Shown piece by piece: positions 1 to 9,555 of a DNA stretch of 64,000 bases. Position numbers and translations under genes: made by a program. Source of the DNA: a virus. The first letter of the stretch is position 1; each line of letters opens with the position of its first letter. The notes beneath the pieces are model-generated. The model was given only the letters and a program-made list of their open reading frames with translations. It was not told where the DNA came from and ran no database searches. Where the stretch lies: the IMG/VR virus record IMGVR_UViG_3300025133_000072, positions 11,721 through 75,720 of that record. One strand, written 5' to 3'.

Positions 1-1190
1 CTGCTGTTTTCCCTACAATTGGAACAGATAGTATCCCTTCCTTGGTTAGAGGAGGAGCTGATGATGCTGATTCTCCTGGGGGATGGGTTCAGATCCTTGC
101 TGGGGGGGATGTAGCTATCAATGCTAATCTAGATGCTAAAGGAACTGCTACTGTAGGAACTGCTGGGGGTGGTGGCGGTGGTTTGCTCGTTATTGTGTCT
201 GGTGGAGATATTTCAGGATCAGGCAACATAGACCTTTCTGGAGCCAATGGAGGATCTACTGGATCTGCTAAAGGTGGGGGAGGCGGTTATGCTGGAGGCT
301 GGGGAGGCCATTCTGGATATGGCGGTTCCGGGGGAGGAGCAGGTTCTTCTGTTGATGCTTCTGGAACCGGAGGTTCTGGGGGTGGTGGTTTAGTATCTGG
401 GAATGATGGCGGGGATATGTATTCTGCTGGAACTCTTGGAGCTGCTGGAGGAGGTTCCTTAGACAATACAGGTGGAGATGGTCACCCGAATGGAGATGGA
501 GGAAATGGTGGAGCTGGAGGAGATCATCTGAGCTCTTACAAACCTATTCCCAAACAACTTCTTCAAGGAGCTATTCGAGCTGCTGTTGCTACTGCTGGTG
601 CTGGAGGATCGGCTGGAACTGAGTCTAATACTGGAGGCACAGGAGGATCTGACGGAGGTGGCGGAGGTGGCGGAGCTTGGGCTACTGATGCTGTAAATGA
701 TGGTGGTGCTGGCGGAGATGCGGGTGCTGGAGGCGGTGGCGGTTCAGGATACGAAACAGGCGGAGGAACTTCCGGAGACGGAGGAGATGGAGGAGACGGG
801 AATGCAGAACTTTACCCACAATTCGACGAATCACCCTGGAACGGACGACCAGGAGGACAAGGTGGAGGTGGCGGTGGAGGAGCCTGTAAAGGTAATTCCT
901 ATAATGGTGGTCTATCTAACGGAACAGGAGGTTCTGGGGGTTCAGGAGCTTCTGGAAATACTGCTAATTTGAATAATACTGGAGCAGGAGCAGGAGGAGA
1001 TGGAGCAGACGGAGCTGCGGGAGACTCTAATGGAAATGGAGGAGCTGGCGGAGCCGGGGGAAATGGAGGAGGAGCGCCGGGATTGGTAATCTTTATTTGT
1101 ACTACTTTTTCATATACCGGGACCATTACAGGTCGCTCTCTCATTTTGACTGGGGATGATGCCCGAAAGATAATTACTCGTTATGTCTAA
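1..1190 (+). CDS. Glycine-rich virion/adhesin-like protein, 5' end outside the window
   Basis: Frame is open from position 3 (AVFPTIGTDSIPSLVRGG...). Poly-Gly runs alternate with beta-type motifs (GGWVQILAGGDVAIN, GLVIFICTTFSYTGTITG). Confidence 0.7.
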   Translation, partial: AVFPTIGTDSIPSLVRGGADDADSPGGWVQILAGGDVAINANLDAKGTATVGTAGGGGGGLLVIVSGGDISGSGNIDLSGANGGSTGSAKGGGGGYAGGWGGHSGYGGSGGGAGSSVDASGTGGSGGGGLVSGNDGGDMYSAGTLGAAGGGSLDNTGGDGHPNGDGGNGGAGGDHLSSYKPIPKQLLQGAIRAAVATAGAGGSAGTESNTGGTGGSDGGGGGGGAWATDAVNDGGAGGDAGAGGGGGSGYETGGGTSGDGGDGGDGNAELYPQFDESPWNGRPGGQGGGGGGGACKGNSYNGGLSNGTGGSGGSGASGNTANLNNTGAGAGGDGADGAAGDSNGNGGAGGAGGNGGGAPGLVIFICTTFSYTGTITGRSLILTGDDARKIITRYV

Positions 1191-2028
1191 AATCAGAACT
1201 AAAGAAATTGAGTATGCTCCAAGCCCTGATATGTATGGTGATGGATCTGATGGAGCTGTAGGAAATCTATCTTCAGGAAGTACCGAAGCAACTTCAGTAT
1301 CAACTACCAGTACACATGGAATTGGATCTGGGGCTATTGTTCGAAGTCAAGGAAATGTAGCTATTAACGAAGGGGACTCTCTTCAGATACAGCAACAGGA
1401 CGGAATTGCTCGACAATCTGATGCTGAAATAGGTAGTGAGGGAATTGATCCTGATATCATTATGAACATGATAGGAACCAGTTTTATTCCTCCTTTGGAA
1501 AGAGAAGGAACAGATGCTACCGGGGCCTGCGGGGGATGGGTTCAAATCATAGCTGATGGCAATGTTTCCATTAATGGTATTCTCCAAGCTAAGGGGTTGG
1601 CTCCTGCTACTAATGCTGGGGGAGCGGGTGGAGGATTGGTCATAATCGTTTGTTCAGGTTCTTTTGATGGATCTGGGACAATTGATATATCCGGAGCTGT
1701 TGCTGGAGCTACAGCTAATGGGAAAGGTGGGGGCGGAAGTTATTCAGGACGAAGAGGAGGCCACGCAGGTTATGGCGGATCTGGTGGTGGTGCTGGAACA
1801 AATGATAGCGGAGATGCTTCTGCTGGAACAGGTGGGGCTGGATTTGTTGCTGGAAATGCAGGTGGAACAGGGGGACAGACTGACGGAGGAGGCGGAGGTG
1901 GAGGCGGAGCCTTAGCCGAAGCTGGGTCTAACGGAGCTGCTTCCGGAGGAGGCGGAGGAGGCGATGGAGGGTCTAACGAATTAAGTGGGGAAATCTTCGT
2001 TGCTCAAAATCTCCAAAACCAAACTTAG
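1183..2028 (+). CDS. Glycine-rich virion protein, paralogue 2, N-terminal part
   Basis: YGDGSDG start motif. GGWVQIIADGNVSIN and GGHAGYGGSGGGAG align with the preceding gene. Confidence 0.7.
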   Translation: MSKIRTKEIEYAPSPDMYGDGSDGAVGNLSSGSTEATSVSTTSTHGIGSGAIVRSQGNVAINEGDSLQIQQQDGIARQSDAEIGSEGIDPDIIMNMIGTSFIPPLEREGTDATGACGGWVQIIADGNVSINGILQAKGLAPATNAGGAGGGLVIIVCSGSFDGSGTIDISGAVAGATANGKGGGGSYSGRRGGHAGYGGSGGGAGTNDSGDASAGTGGAGFVAGNAGGTGGQTDGGGGGGGGALAEAGSNGAASGGGGGGDGGSNELSGEIFVAQNLQNQT

Positions 2029-2036
2029 GAATCATT

Positions 2037-2900
2037 ATGCATTTATTTGACCCATTTTATAATTCAATTTGTTTTGCTTCTTGTGGAGATAGTGGGAGTG
2101 CTCCTGGTTCTGGGGGAGGCGGAGGGCAAGGATCTTCGGGAGATGGATCTGCTGGAAATGGCTCTTCGGGTGGTTCTGGTGGAACTGGGGGAGGGGCTGC
2201 TGGAAATGGATCAACTTCCGGAGGAGCTACTGGGGGAACAGGGGGCAATGGTGGTGCTGGCGGAGGCGGAGGTGGGGGAGGAGGTAAGTCAACCGGACCC
2301 TCGACATCTGCTGGCGGATCTGGTGGCTCGGCTGCTACTGGAGGAGGAACTGCTGGTGCTGGAGGTAATGCTGGAGGAGGCGGAGGTGGGGGAGGTTCTT
2401 CTCTTACCAATGGGGACACAGGCGGAGGAGCTGGAGGAATAGCTGGATCTGGTGGGGGTGGAGGAGCTGGATACAATGATACTGGTCCCGCTTTAGGAGC
2501 TGGAGGCGATGGAGCTGATGGAGATGCGGATCTTGTTCCTTATGTGAATAAAGATTATTTCAATGGAGGTTCCGGGGGTCAAGGAGGCGGAGGTGGGGGC
2601 GGTCCTGCTGTTTATTCTGAATCTAATGGAACAGTTGGGGCTGGTGGAGGTGGAGGAGCTGGAGAACCTCGTGCTGGAGAGCAAGCTGTTGGATCAGGAA
2701 CCGGAGGAGCTGGGGGAGCTGGATCTAATGGAGCTACAAATGGAAATGGGGGAGCAGGTGGGAATGGTGGGAATGGTGGGGGAGCTACTGGTTGTTTGAT
2801 CGTGCTCTGTACAGCTAATAATTTTACAGGAACGATCAACGGATACAGTCAAATTATTGTAGTTGATGATCCAAAGAAATTAGCTAAACGATACCTTTGA
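2037..2900 (+). CDS. Glycine-rich virion protein, paralogue 2, C-terminal part (-1 frame relative to 1183..2028)
   Basis: Ends GCLIVLCTANNFTGTINGYSQIIVVDDPKKLAKRYL, matching the C-terminus of gene 1..1190. Confidence 0.7.
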   Translation: MHLFDPFYNSICFASCGDSGSAPGSGGGGGQGSSGDGSAGNGSSGGSGGTGGGAAGNGSTSGGATGGTGGNGGAGGGGGGGGGKSTGPSTSAGGSGGSAATGGGTAGAGGNAGGGGGGGGSSLTNGDTGGGAGGIAGSGGGGGAGYNDTGPALGAGGDGADGDADLVPYVNKDYFNGGSGGQGGGGGGGPAVYSESNGTVGAGGGGGAGEPRAGEQAVGSGTGGAGGAGSNGATNGNGGAGGNGGNGGGATGCLIVLCTANNFTGTINGYSQIIVVDDPKKLAKRYL

Positions 2901-2920
2901 TTCGTTGATATAATGATCCC

Positions 2921-3328
2921 ATGGAATTAGATAAGATCCTTCTTCAAAACAAATGGAGCAGAGATCCAAAAGAACATAAGATAGTCTATTCTGCTTCTAT
3001 CCCATCCCATCTTGTATTAATGAAGATTAGAGACTGGTCTATTTTCTTCGCTAAGAAGCTGGCAGGGAAGCAGGAAATTGACTTAGCTTTTAACATAAAC
3101 AAGTGTACGTTAGATTTGGAATATCATGCCGAAAAGGGGATATTACAGGATGGACTCCATCCCTGTGCCGATAAACAAGAAGCCTATGACCGATCGGGCG
3201 GAGGTCATCAAACGTATGGTGAAAATGGGAAAGTTGCCATATATCGACACCGAGGGAGAACATTTCTTGGTAACTTGGAAGAAGTCCGAGAACGAGACAA
3301 AGACGAATCCGGAAGATGTTTGGTCTAA
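2921..3328 (+). CDS. Hypothetical protein, possibly frameshifted near 3115 into the frame of 3126
   Basis: ATG lies 6 nt after TGaTATAAT. About 200 nt overlap with the more protein-like 3126 frame. Confidence 0.4.
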   Translation: MELDKILLQNKWSRDPKEHKIVYSASIPSHLVLMKIRDWSIFFAKKLAGKQEIDLAFNINKCTLDLEYHAEKGILQDGLHPCADKQEAYDRSGGGHQTYGENGKVAIYRHRGRTFLGNLEEVRERDKDESGRCLV

Positions 3329-3443
3329 ATTATCGTTGCCTAGAATGGATGCTTTCTTCACCGATTCTGTGTATGAAGGAAGTCAAGTTTTTGCTCTTAA
3401 TTGTGATACAATAGAATTAGGGCAGTCTGAAGAGGAGAATACA

Positions 3444-3914
3444 ATGGCTGGATTTTCAGGCCGAGCCCAACACATCCGAGTCAACAGCATCCAGAACAAT
3501 CTTACTGACGATCAGAAACAAGAACTTCTGAATTCTGAAAAAGTCCCTACTGCTTCTGAACTCACAAGCAGCGATATTCTGGACGGAACTATCCAAGCTT
3601 ACAAAGTCCTGGTCAAAACGACTTCAGACAAAGTACGAGCAGGGAATTCTGCTACAGTATCTGAGAAGGATGCTGTGGTGGGTGTTTCTTTGGATGGTGG
3701 GATTGACGGAGAAAGAATTACCTATGCCCGGTTCAAAGAAGTTTATATGAAGGCCCATGGATTCGCTGTTCAAAAGCCTCTTTTCTTGAGTGGGTCTACA
3801 GGGGATTTTTCTACGACAGCTCCTACTTCTGGCTTTGTCAAAAAAGTAGGAGTGGTTTTGGATCAAGATCGAATTGCTTTCGATGTCCTTTCCAGTGATT
3901 CCATCAAGTTATGA
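3444..3914 (+). CDS. Putative virion decoration/cement-type beta protein
   Basis: Strong SD GAGGAG at 3432-3437 before an in-frame ATG. VVGVSLDG...PLFLSGSTGDFSTTAPTSGFVKKVG pattern is typical of this phage protein class. Confidence 0.5.
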   Translation: MAGFSGRAQHIRVNSIQNNLTDDQKQELLNSEKVPTASELTSSDILDGTIQAYKVLVKTTSDKVRAGNSATVSEKDAVVGVSLDGGIDGERITYARFKEVYMKAHGFAVQKPLFLSGSTGDFSTTAPTSGFVKKVGVVLDQDRIAFDVLSSDSIKL

Positions 3915-4009
3915 GTTCTGTAGAAACACACATTCCTGGGAAACGAATTAAAATAGATTCCTTTATTCCTGGGAAACGGATCAAGCTAGAAACTGCGGTA
4001 AGGAAATAA
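3911..4009 (+). CDS. 32-aa small protein with an internal IPGKRIK repeat (not in the ORF track)
   Basis: MSSVETHIPGKRIKIDSFIPGKRIKLETAVRK. ATGA overlap upstream and TAATG overlap downstream. Confidence 0.6.
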   Translation: MSSVETHIPGKRIKIDSFIPGKRIKLETAVRK

Positions 4010-4377
4010 TGTCCAATCCAAGATTTGCTATAGGGAGTGTTCCTGAATTTGATTGTGTTTTCAATGACGAGAGCACAGGAACTTTCTTAGATCTCACTGG
4101 AATCGATACAGCTAAGTCCTACCTGTGTTTGTTGAGTTCTGACGGGACAACAGAATTCAAAGGATTATTGAACTCCTCTGCCGTGACAATGCCAGCGGAT
4201 CTCATGGACGGAAACATCATTTTATTGACTAAGAATCTGACCAACTTCACGAACCTGGACGAAGCTGGGAAATGGACTATTGGATTTCGTCTTGAGTATA
4301 CTGCTGGGGCTGTGATCATTTCGGAACAGCATACAGAGTTTGCTGTCCAGGTCATTGTTGCTGTAGATTGTGCCTGA
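4009..4377 (+). CDS. BppU-like (baseplate upper, Ig-like) structural protein
   Basis: LDLTG...DG.I...LDEAGKWTIGFRLEY pattern; structural gene context. Confidence 0.5.
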   Translation: MSNPRFAIGSVPEFDCVFNDESTGTFLDLTGIDTAKSYLCLLSSDGTTEFKGLLNSSAVTMPADLMDGNIILLTKNLTNFTNLDEAGKWTIGFRLEYTAGAVIISEQHTEFAVQVIVAVDCA

Positions 4378-4763
4378 TGGTATCTGTTAAACGCTGGCTC
4401 ACTTACTCTCTCTATATTCTGGCTTTTGTTGGTCTATTTGTCCTCCTTCGAGGATTTCTTAAAAAAGAAGACTTTGACAAAATCCTCGGAGCATTGAAGA
4501 ATAAAGAGAAGGATCTTCAAAAACAGATCCACAAGAAAGAAATAGAAGCAGCTAAGCTCCAAACCAAAAAAGAGATGATCAATCTTCAGTATGAGGATTT
4601 ACAGGTCAACACAGTTCGACGTATTGAGGCGATTGAGGCTTCTCTAAGGGTCAAGGACCAAGAACTTGAGATATACTTCAAATCTGTACGAAACGGAGCC
4701 CTTTCTGGTAATTTCTCGGAGGCTCTGGTTCTTGCTAAGGCTAAACAAGTGGATGAGTTTTAA
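4377..4763 (+). CDS. Putative inner-membrane spanin
   Basis: N-terminal TM helix followed by a long coiled coil; overlaps the next lipoprotein gene. Confidence 0.5.
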   Translation: MVSVKRWLTYSLYILAFVGLFVLLRGFLKKEDFDKILGALKNKEKDLQKQIHKKEIEAAKLQTKKEMINLQYEDLQVNTVRRIEAIEASLRVKDQELEIYFKSVRNGALSGNFSEALVLAKAKQVDEF

Positions 4764-5247
4764 ACTCTTTCTATTTCTCCTTCTTGTTTGCTCCTGCTCT
4801 TCTGTTGAATTCACAAACCTTCCCGAACCCTTCACAGCTTCTCGTGGAGACAAATCCAAAGAGTTCCCTGCTGGAGTGTTCATCGAGAAGAAGCAATGGG
4901 AATCTCATCTCCTGATAATCGTCTCTGACCAGGAAACAATAGCTCGTTTGAAATTGAGAAACGATGCCTTTGTGCAAAAGGAAAAAATCTACAAGGAAAT
5001 TCTCCAGGGAAAAGATGAACTTTGGGAGCAGAAAAAGCAGATCGAAATCGAACAGAAACAGATAAGAGAAGATCTGAATGTTTTGTACGAAGAGAAGTTC
5101 CGGGTCAAAGACGAGATCATAGAAGTTTACAAGGAGAAAGAAAAAACCCTCCAGTATAAACTGAAGGGCTCCAGATTCCTTCAAAAGGTTTCGCTTGTAA
5201 CCGGACTGTGGATCGGCTACAAAGTGTCTAAGATCTTAGACTTTTAG
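4753..5247 (+). CDS. Putative lipoprotein (outer-membrane spanin-like)
   Basis: Signal peptide MSFKLFLFLLLVCSC with lipobox Cys, then a coiled coil. Confidence 0.55.
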   Translation: MSFKLFLFLLLVCSCSSVEFTNLPEPFTASRGDKSKEFPAGVFIEKKQWESHLLIIVSDQETIARLKLRNDAFVQKEKIYKEILQGKDELWEQKKQIEIEQKQIREDLNVLYEEKFRVKDEIIEVYKEKEKTLQYKLKGSRFLQKVSLVTGLWIGYKVSKILDF

Positions 5248-5951
5248 ATGTACCTACCGTGTAAAATTCCATGTCTGCTTAAAGCAGAACATCCTATGTT
5301 TCCTGTGGCGTGAACTAATCCCTCAAAGATAAAAGGAATTCCCGCTTTTTGTTTCTTCCCTTTTTTCATCGTGGAATAAATATCAGCGAGTTTATCCACG
5401 GAGATTTTAGTTCCGATTTTATCTAAGGTCCCTGTTTTCATTAAAAGAGATATTTCAGGATCTTTGTCATCTTCGATCTTGGCATAGATCCCAGCGTCTT
5501 GATCATATTTTTTCAGAAATTTAATAACCATGCTCTGGAATTCTTTCCTGGGCATATCTTCTGGTTTGACGAACAACAAAGAATCTTCCTCACTCTTAAA
5601 AGATTTACCGTCTTCCTTCTCTTCTCTCCAGAATCCATTGAGAAGGTATCCTCCTATTTTCTTAGAATTGAATTCTTTCAGAATATCCCTGTTAGCTTTT
5701 ATATTCTTTTTGTGTTGATCTCTTTGGTCTTTTGTCCATTCGCTCTTTGGCCTTGAATGGTCTGTGTTATATGGATCTCTCCAACCTGTAAACACAGTAA
5801 AATCATCCTCTTTTACTCGTTGAAGTAACCGGGATAATTTAGCTTCGGAAATAGGCATGGAATTAGAAAAATCCGGGGTTTCTCTTTCCTGGGCTTCTTC
5901 TAATGCTTCGGATAATTTGTCAGTGAGGGTTAGGGTATGGGAGTAGTTCAT
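5244..5951 (-). CDS. Conserved phage hypothetical protein
   Basis: TGWR...ANR...GY.L.G.W.E...E.S...KYDQDA pattern, recalled from many large phages. Confidence 0.55.
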   Translation of the reverse strand: MNYSHTLTLTDKLSEALEEAQERETPDFSNSMPISEAKLSRLLQRVKEDDFTVFTGWRDPYNTDHSRPKSEWTKDQRDQHKKNIKANRDILKEFNSKKIGGYLLNGFWREEKEDGKSFKSEEDSLLFVKPEDMPRKEFQSMVIKFLKKYDQDAGIYAKIEDDKDPEISLLMKTGTLDKIGTKISVDKLADIYSTMKKGKKQKAGIPFIFEGLVHATGNIGCSALSRHGILHGRYI

Positions 5952-6550
5952 AGGAATTCCTTTTCCTTATTATACCATTCATTTCCCTTTAATAGACGAG
6001 TTACCTTAGCTCCTTGTTTATTCGTGTAATGATACAGAACAAGACCCATGAATCTACAATCATCCCCGGCTGTGTGTCGTAGCCTTTTTTCGGATTCTAT
6101 GGCTAGTAAATTCCCTTCCTTTGTTCGAGCAAAGTAAACGAAGCAAGGCGAATTATAATCCCCTTGATTGATCACATAAGTAACCGTAGCTCGTAACATA
6201 AGGACTTCCTCTTTCTTCCCTATGTAAACAGACGCTTTATCTTGAACTATACGCCTCCGAGTTCCCAGGAGATACTTTGCATGGTTGGCCCAAGATTTTT
6301 CTAGAGCGCTTATTTGAGATGCAGACAAATCTCTTCCCTGTCCTACTAAGTTCAGACAGTCTCTGATGAATTTCATATTGTGTTTGGATTTGAATTCGGC
6401 CTCTTCTAGTTCCTCCAGGAATTCTTCAAGATCCCATATAAGCGTTTTCCTACGGGCTTTTTTATGGATTGAAGCTAATGTGACAGGGGAGTAATAAGGC
6501 ATGAATGCTGTTCGGCTATATCGTTTTTTCGTCATAGTTTTAGTATACAT
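5948..6550 (-). CDS. Hypothetical protein (possible C-terminal OB fold)
   Basis: 200-aa ORF with a 4-nt overlap with the downstream gene. Confidence 0.55.
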   Translation of the reverse strand: MYTKTMTKKRYSRTAFMPYYSPVTLASIHKKARRKTLIWDLEEFLEELEEAEFKSKHNMKFIRDCLNLVGQGRDLSASQISALEKSWANHAKYLLGTRRRIVQDKASVYIGKKEEVLMLRATVTYVINQGDYNSPCFVYFARTKEGNLLAIESEKRLRHTAGDDCRFMGLVLYHYTNKQGAKVTRLLKGNEWYNKEKEFL

Positions 6551-6661
6551 AGAATCTCTTATAATGCCAAGAGTCTATTAGAGAAAGAAAAAGTTGACGG
6601 GGATGAATTGGATCGGTATCTTAGATTTATTCTTTTTATACAAGAAAGCGTGAATTGAATG

Positions 6662-6690
6662 AAGCTCCTGGGTGGTCCGGGAGCTTTTTC
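6662..6690. terminator. Intrinsic terminator
   Basis: aagctcctgg-gtggt-ccgggagctt followed by a T tract. Confidence 0.75.
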
Positions 6691-6692
6691 AT

Positions 6693-7130
6693 TTACCCGT
6701 AAGTTAGGTGAGCATTGGGAGCAGGGGTATTCACAGGAGGAAAGAACCTGTCTGCTTTAGTTCGTAGATCTCGAACCCTGTATTTCGTGTAGATCTCTTC
6801 AGTGCCTTCATCACAGGCCACTTCCCCATTAAACAAAAGAACCCGATCCTCATCCACTAGAAAAGTCATATCGATCAGTGGATAAGAAAGCTGAGGGATC
6901 AATTTTCGGATAACCTCTATGGTCTTTCTTTGTTTTTGGATAGAGAGTCCTTTTTTCTTCAGCGCACAACAAAGGTCTATTTGAAATAGATCAGTGAAGG
7001 TATACAATCTATACTTAGACTTCCTTCGATATGAAGGTTTGATGAAGTTAGTCTTGTCCCAATATTGGATCTGCCTGTAAGACAGGTTTGTGATCTTAGC
7101 TACCTCTTGTGGAACAAAAAATGATTTCAT
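6693..7130 (-). CDS. MerR-family transcriptional regulator
   Basis: EVAKITNLSYRQIQYWDKTNFIKPS...YRLYTFTDL MerR winged HTH. Confidence 0.9.
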   Translation of the reverse strand: MKSFFVPQEVAKITNLSYRQIQYWDKTNFIKPSYRRKSKYRLYTFTDLFQIDLCCALKKKGLSIQKQRKTIEVIRKLIPQLSYPLIDMTFLVDEDRVLLFNGEVACDEGTEEIYTKYRVRDLRTKADRFFPPVNTPAPNAHLTYG

Positions 7131-7162
7131 CTGGATTTCCTCTGGTTACAAAAAATTTACAT

Positions 7163-7202
7163 TTGACACGTTTATTGTACTGGGCTATATTCAAACTGTC
7201 AA
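7163..7202. promoter_or_regulatory. Overlapping divergent sigma70-type promoters
   Basis: Plus strand TTGACA-17-TATATT; minus strand TTGACA-17-TACAAT. Confidence 0.8.
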
Positions 7203-7261
7203 ATCTTATACAGATTGATTTTATAAGAGATTACTTTTACTATTATAGAAAGGAATAAAAT

Positions 7262-7558
7262 ATGAGTGAGAACTGTCCCTCTTCGAAACTATCGGTTTTA
7301 GCCATGGACATAGACTTGTTTAAAAAGAGCTTGCCAACAGGCGTAAATCTACTGGAAGGTCTGAGAGAGGTTCGATTGGAAATTGAGCGCTTGAGAGGAA
7401 TTGATCAAGCTAATGCTCCTGGAACTTTGGGCAAGGATCATAATCTTCGAGCTTTGGAAAAAAAGCTGGTTGAGATATTAAATTCTTTGACTCCGGTTCG
7501 ACATGACCTGGATCGATTTTCTCAGATACTTGAACAGGAGGCGGTATCTCGACTGTAA
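7262..7558 (+). CDS. Hypothetical coiled-coil protein
   Basis: SD AAGGA, ATG start, downstream of the plus-strand promoter. Confidence 0.6.
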   Translation: MSENCPSSKLSVLAMDIDLFKKSLPTGVNLLEGLREVRLEIERLRGIDQANAPGTLGKDHNLRALEKKLVEILNSLTPVRHDLDRFSQILEQEAVSRL

Positions 7559-7927
7559 TGCCCCTTAAAATGTGGGATATCATTTTCCCTGTTCTGAATA
7601 GAAAGGTAAAAGCCCCTAAGATTTTAGAATTGCGCCGATACATTCTAGAGCAAGAAAGTGAAGTGGGAATGGACGAAGGCGGTCTTTTCTTTTCCTCCAA
7701 CACATGTTCAAAAAGAGCATTTTGATTACTGTTCTGTGAATTTTGCGTGTTCTTTGAAATTTGCTAAGATCGTTCTACAATCTGTTTCTTCTCAATCTGA
7801 CATGCTTATGGTTCGCAGCTTTTATGCGGATCTGAGTAACTACCAAGTAACGCTAAAAGAATTTCAAAAATGGGGGGCGGATCAAGAGGAAAGAAAAAAG
7901 CCCCTGGACCCTCCAGAGGCTTTATAG
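7558..7927 (+). pseudogene. Hypothetical gene with an apparent +1 frameshift near 7690
   Basis: TAATG-coupled ORF MPLKMWDIIFPVLNRK... stops early, while the +1 frame continues to 7927. Confidence 0.45.
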
Positions 7928-7934
7928 GGTGGGT

Positions 7935-8324
7935 TTAGGACTTGGGAGGTTCTAAGCGCACCGAGTCCTCGAAAAACGACTCATACGCTTCGTGAACATC
8001 TTCAGCAAATTTAGTGTTGCTCTCATTTAACAATGTTTTGATCTGAGGACTACTGATGGGAGTCCAACGAGCTTTGAAAGTTATCTCAAACTCTACCGGG
8101 AAATCCTTGCGGAGATCCCCGAGCCTATCCTGATCCCAGCCCATTTTCTCTTTAGATATGATGATCGCCTTGCCCGAACCTGTTTCTAGCGTTACGGAAG
8201 ACTTGCCTTGGGGAACCGGATTTGATTTGATCAACTCGGCTTTAAGAGCTTTAAGCTCTTTAGTAAATTTTTCCGAGAGTCTTTTGAGCTTTAGCGCTCT
8301 TCTGATTTTGTCTTCTGTTTTCAT
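7935..8324 (-). CDS. Hypothetical phage protein
   Basis: SD AAGGAG and a repeated promoter unit upstream. Confidence 0.7.
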   Translation of the reverse strand: MKTEDKIRRALKLKRLSEKFTKELKALKAELIKSNPVPQGKSSVTLETGSGKAIIISKEKMGWDQDRLGDLRKDFPVEFEITFKARWTPISSPQIKTLLNESNTKFAEDVHEAYESFFEDSVRLEPPKS

Positions 8325-8424
8325 GCTGCTCCTTTGTCTACCTACTCTTATAGTATAACACTTCTATAAGATCTTGTATAGTATTATAGTCTTTATTGAA
8401 TATGGAACATGATATACTCTCTCT

Positions 8425-8841
8425 ATGCTAAGTAGAATATCAGATTATTTTCTCCAGGGTGTGTTTGTTGGTTTGGGTGCTTCAGTCGTGGCTTTTTTAA
8501 GTTGGTCAGCTTTGAGGCAGCATGAGATTGAAACCGGGATCTTGTTTCAAATGAAAATGGAATCGCAGGCTATAAAAATGACCTTGGAACATGTGGCTCA
8601 GGATGCCGGACATTTAAAAGGGAGACTCCAGGTATTGGAAGATCGGGAAATTGATAAATTTGTTAAGAAGATTCAGGAGCCTGAGTCAGAGAACGGAAGT
8701 AGTCTAGTTCCTGACGAACCTTATTCTGAAGAGGTTCCAATTCACGAGCCTCTCGACTACCACAAGCAGTACATGGAACAGAGTCCAATGCAGCGACTAG
8801 AGATCCAACAGATGCGCCTTCCACGGAAGACATCCCCTTGA
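8425..8841 (+). CDS. Membrane-anchored coiled-coil protein
   Basis: N-terminal TM segment; ATG 6 nt after TGaTATACT. Confidence 0.6.
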   Translation: MLSRISDYFLQGVFVGLGASVVAFLSWSALRQHEIETGILFQMKMESQAIKMTLEHVAQDAGHLKGRLQVLEDREIDKFVKKIQEPESENGSSLVPDEPYSEEVPIHEPLDYHKQYMEQSPMQRLEIQQMRLPRKTSP

Positions 8842-8855
8842 GATCATAAACAAAT

Positions 8856-9047
8856 TCAAGGGATCATAGGTTTTCGTCCTGTTATTGTTCTAAATGCCTG
8901 ACAGATAAAATTTTCCCCAATAAACAGACCTCCAATAAAAGACTGATCAAGATCTCTGTATGCGCTTTCCATAGGCACTTGACCATGCCATTTTACGTAT
9001 TCTCTGATTTCTTTATGGGGGTAATTGAACTCAACGGTTATACGCAT
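8856..9047 (-). CDS. Small hypothetical protein
   Basis: GGAG SD before MRITVEFNYPH. Confidence 0.45.
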   Translation of the reverse strand: MRITVEFNYPHKEIREYVKWHGQVPMESAYRDLDQSFIGGLFIGENFICQAFRTITGRKPMIP

Positions 9048-9555
9048 AGAAAGTCTCCTCTTCTCGCCTGCTGAAAGCATCCACAATATACAGAGGAAAG
9101 GACCCATTTTTGAAAAAATGATCTATGTGCCTGCCCTGAACTATGCCGTATTCATTTCTTTTTCCGCATATATCTACCCAATAGATTTCTTTGGATTCTA
9201 TCTTGAATTGAATGGAAGGGGAATCCTGTTCAAAAGCATCCATCGTAGATTGAAATCGATTGCCCCATTCCGTGGATAGTTGAGGCTGAATATCATGCTC
9301 CAAATAAGCTTCACCCCATTTGGCTTGAGCATATCCCAAGCATTTTCTGATCCTCATGGCATAAGAACTGTCCATGATATAGGTGTGTCTTTCCTCTTCC
9401 ATAGTCCCCAAGCTTTTCAGATCCAGTACGCCTCTGATTAAGCCTTGTATACCAAGGAGAATATCTGCGTGGCGTGGAGACCGTTTTTTCTTTCTGTCGA
9501 GTCGAGGAAAAATAGGCGTTACCAAAAGGACTTGAATGGATTCTTCTTCAATCAT
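9031..9555 (-). CDS. Short DUF3150-like paralogue
   Basis: LDRK...GLIRGVLDLKSL...YIMDSSYAMRIRKCLGYAQAKWGEA aligns with the core of 10514..11368. Confidence 0.55.
   Translation of the reverse strand: MIEEESIQVLLVTPIFPRLDRKKKRSPRHADILLGIQGLIRGVLDLKSLGTMEEERHTYIMDSSYAMRIRKCLGYAQAKWGEAYLEHDIQPQLSTEWGNRFQSTMDAFEQDSPSIQFKIESKEIYWVDICGKRNEYGIVQGRHIDHFFKNGSFPLYIVDAFSRREEETFYAYNR

Noticed and set aside
2026-2039. Stop-codon reassignment (TAG read-through)
   Set aside because: The downstream ORF is in a different frame, and TAG, TGA and TAA all end well-formed genes elsewhere.
697-2839. Pro-rich antisense ORFs and Glu/Val/Leu-rich alternate-frame ORFs
   Set aside because: Shadows of poly-Gly codons.
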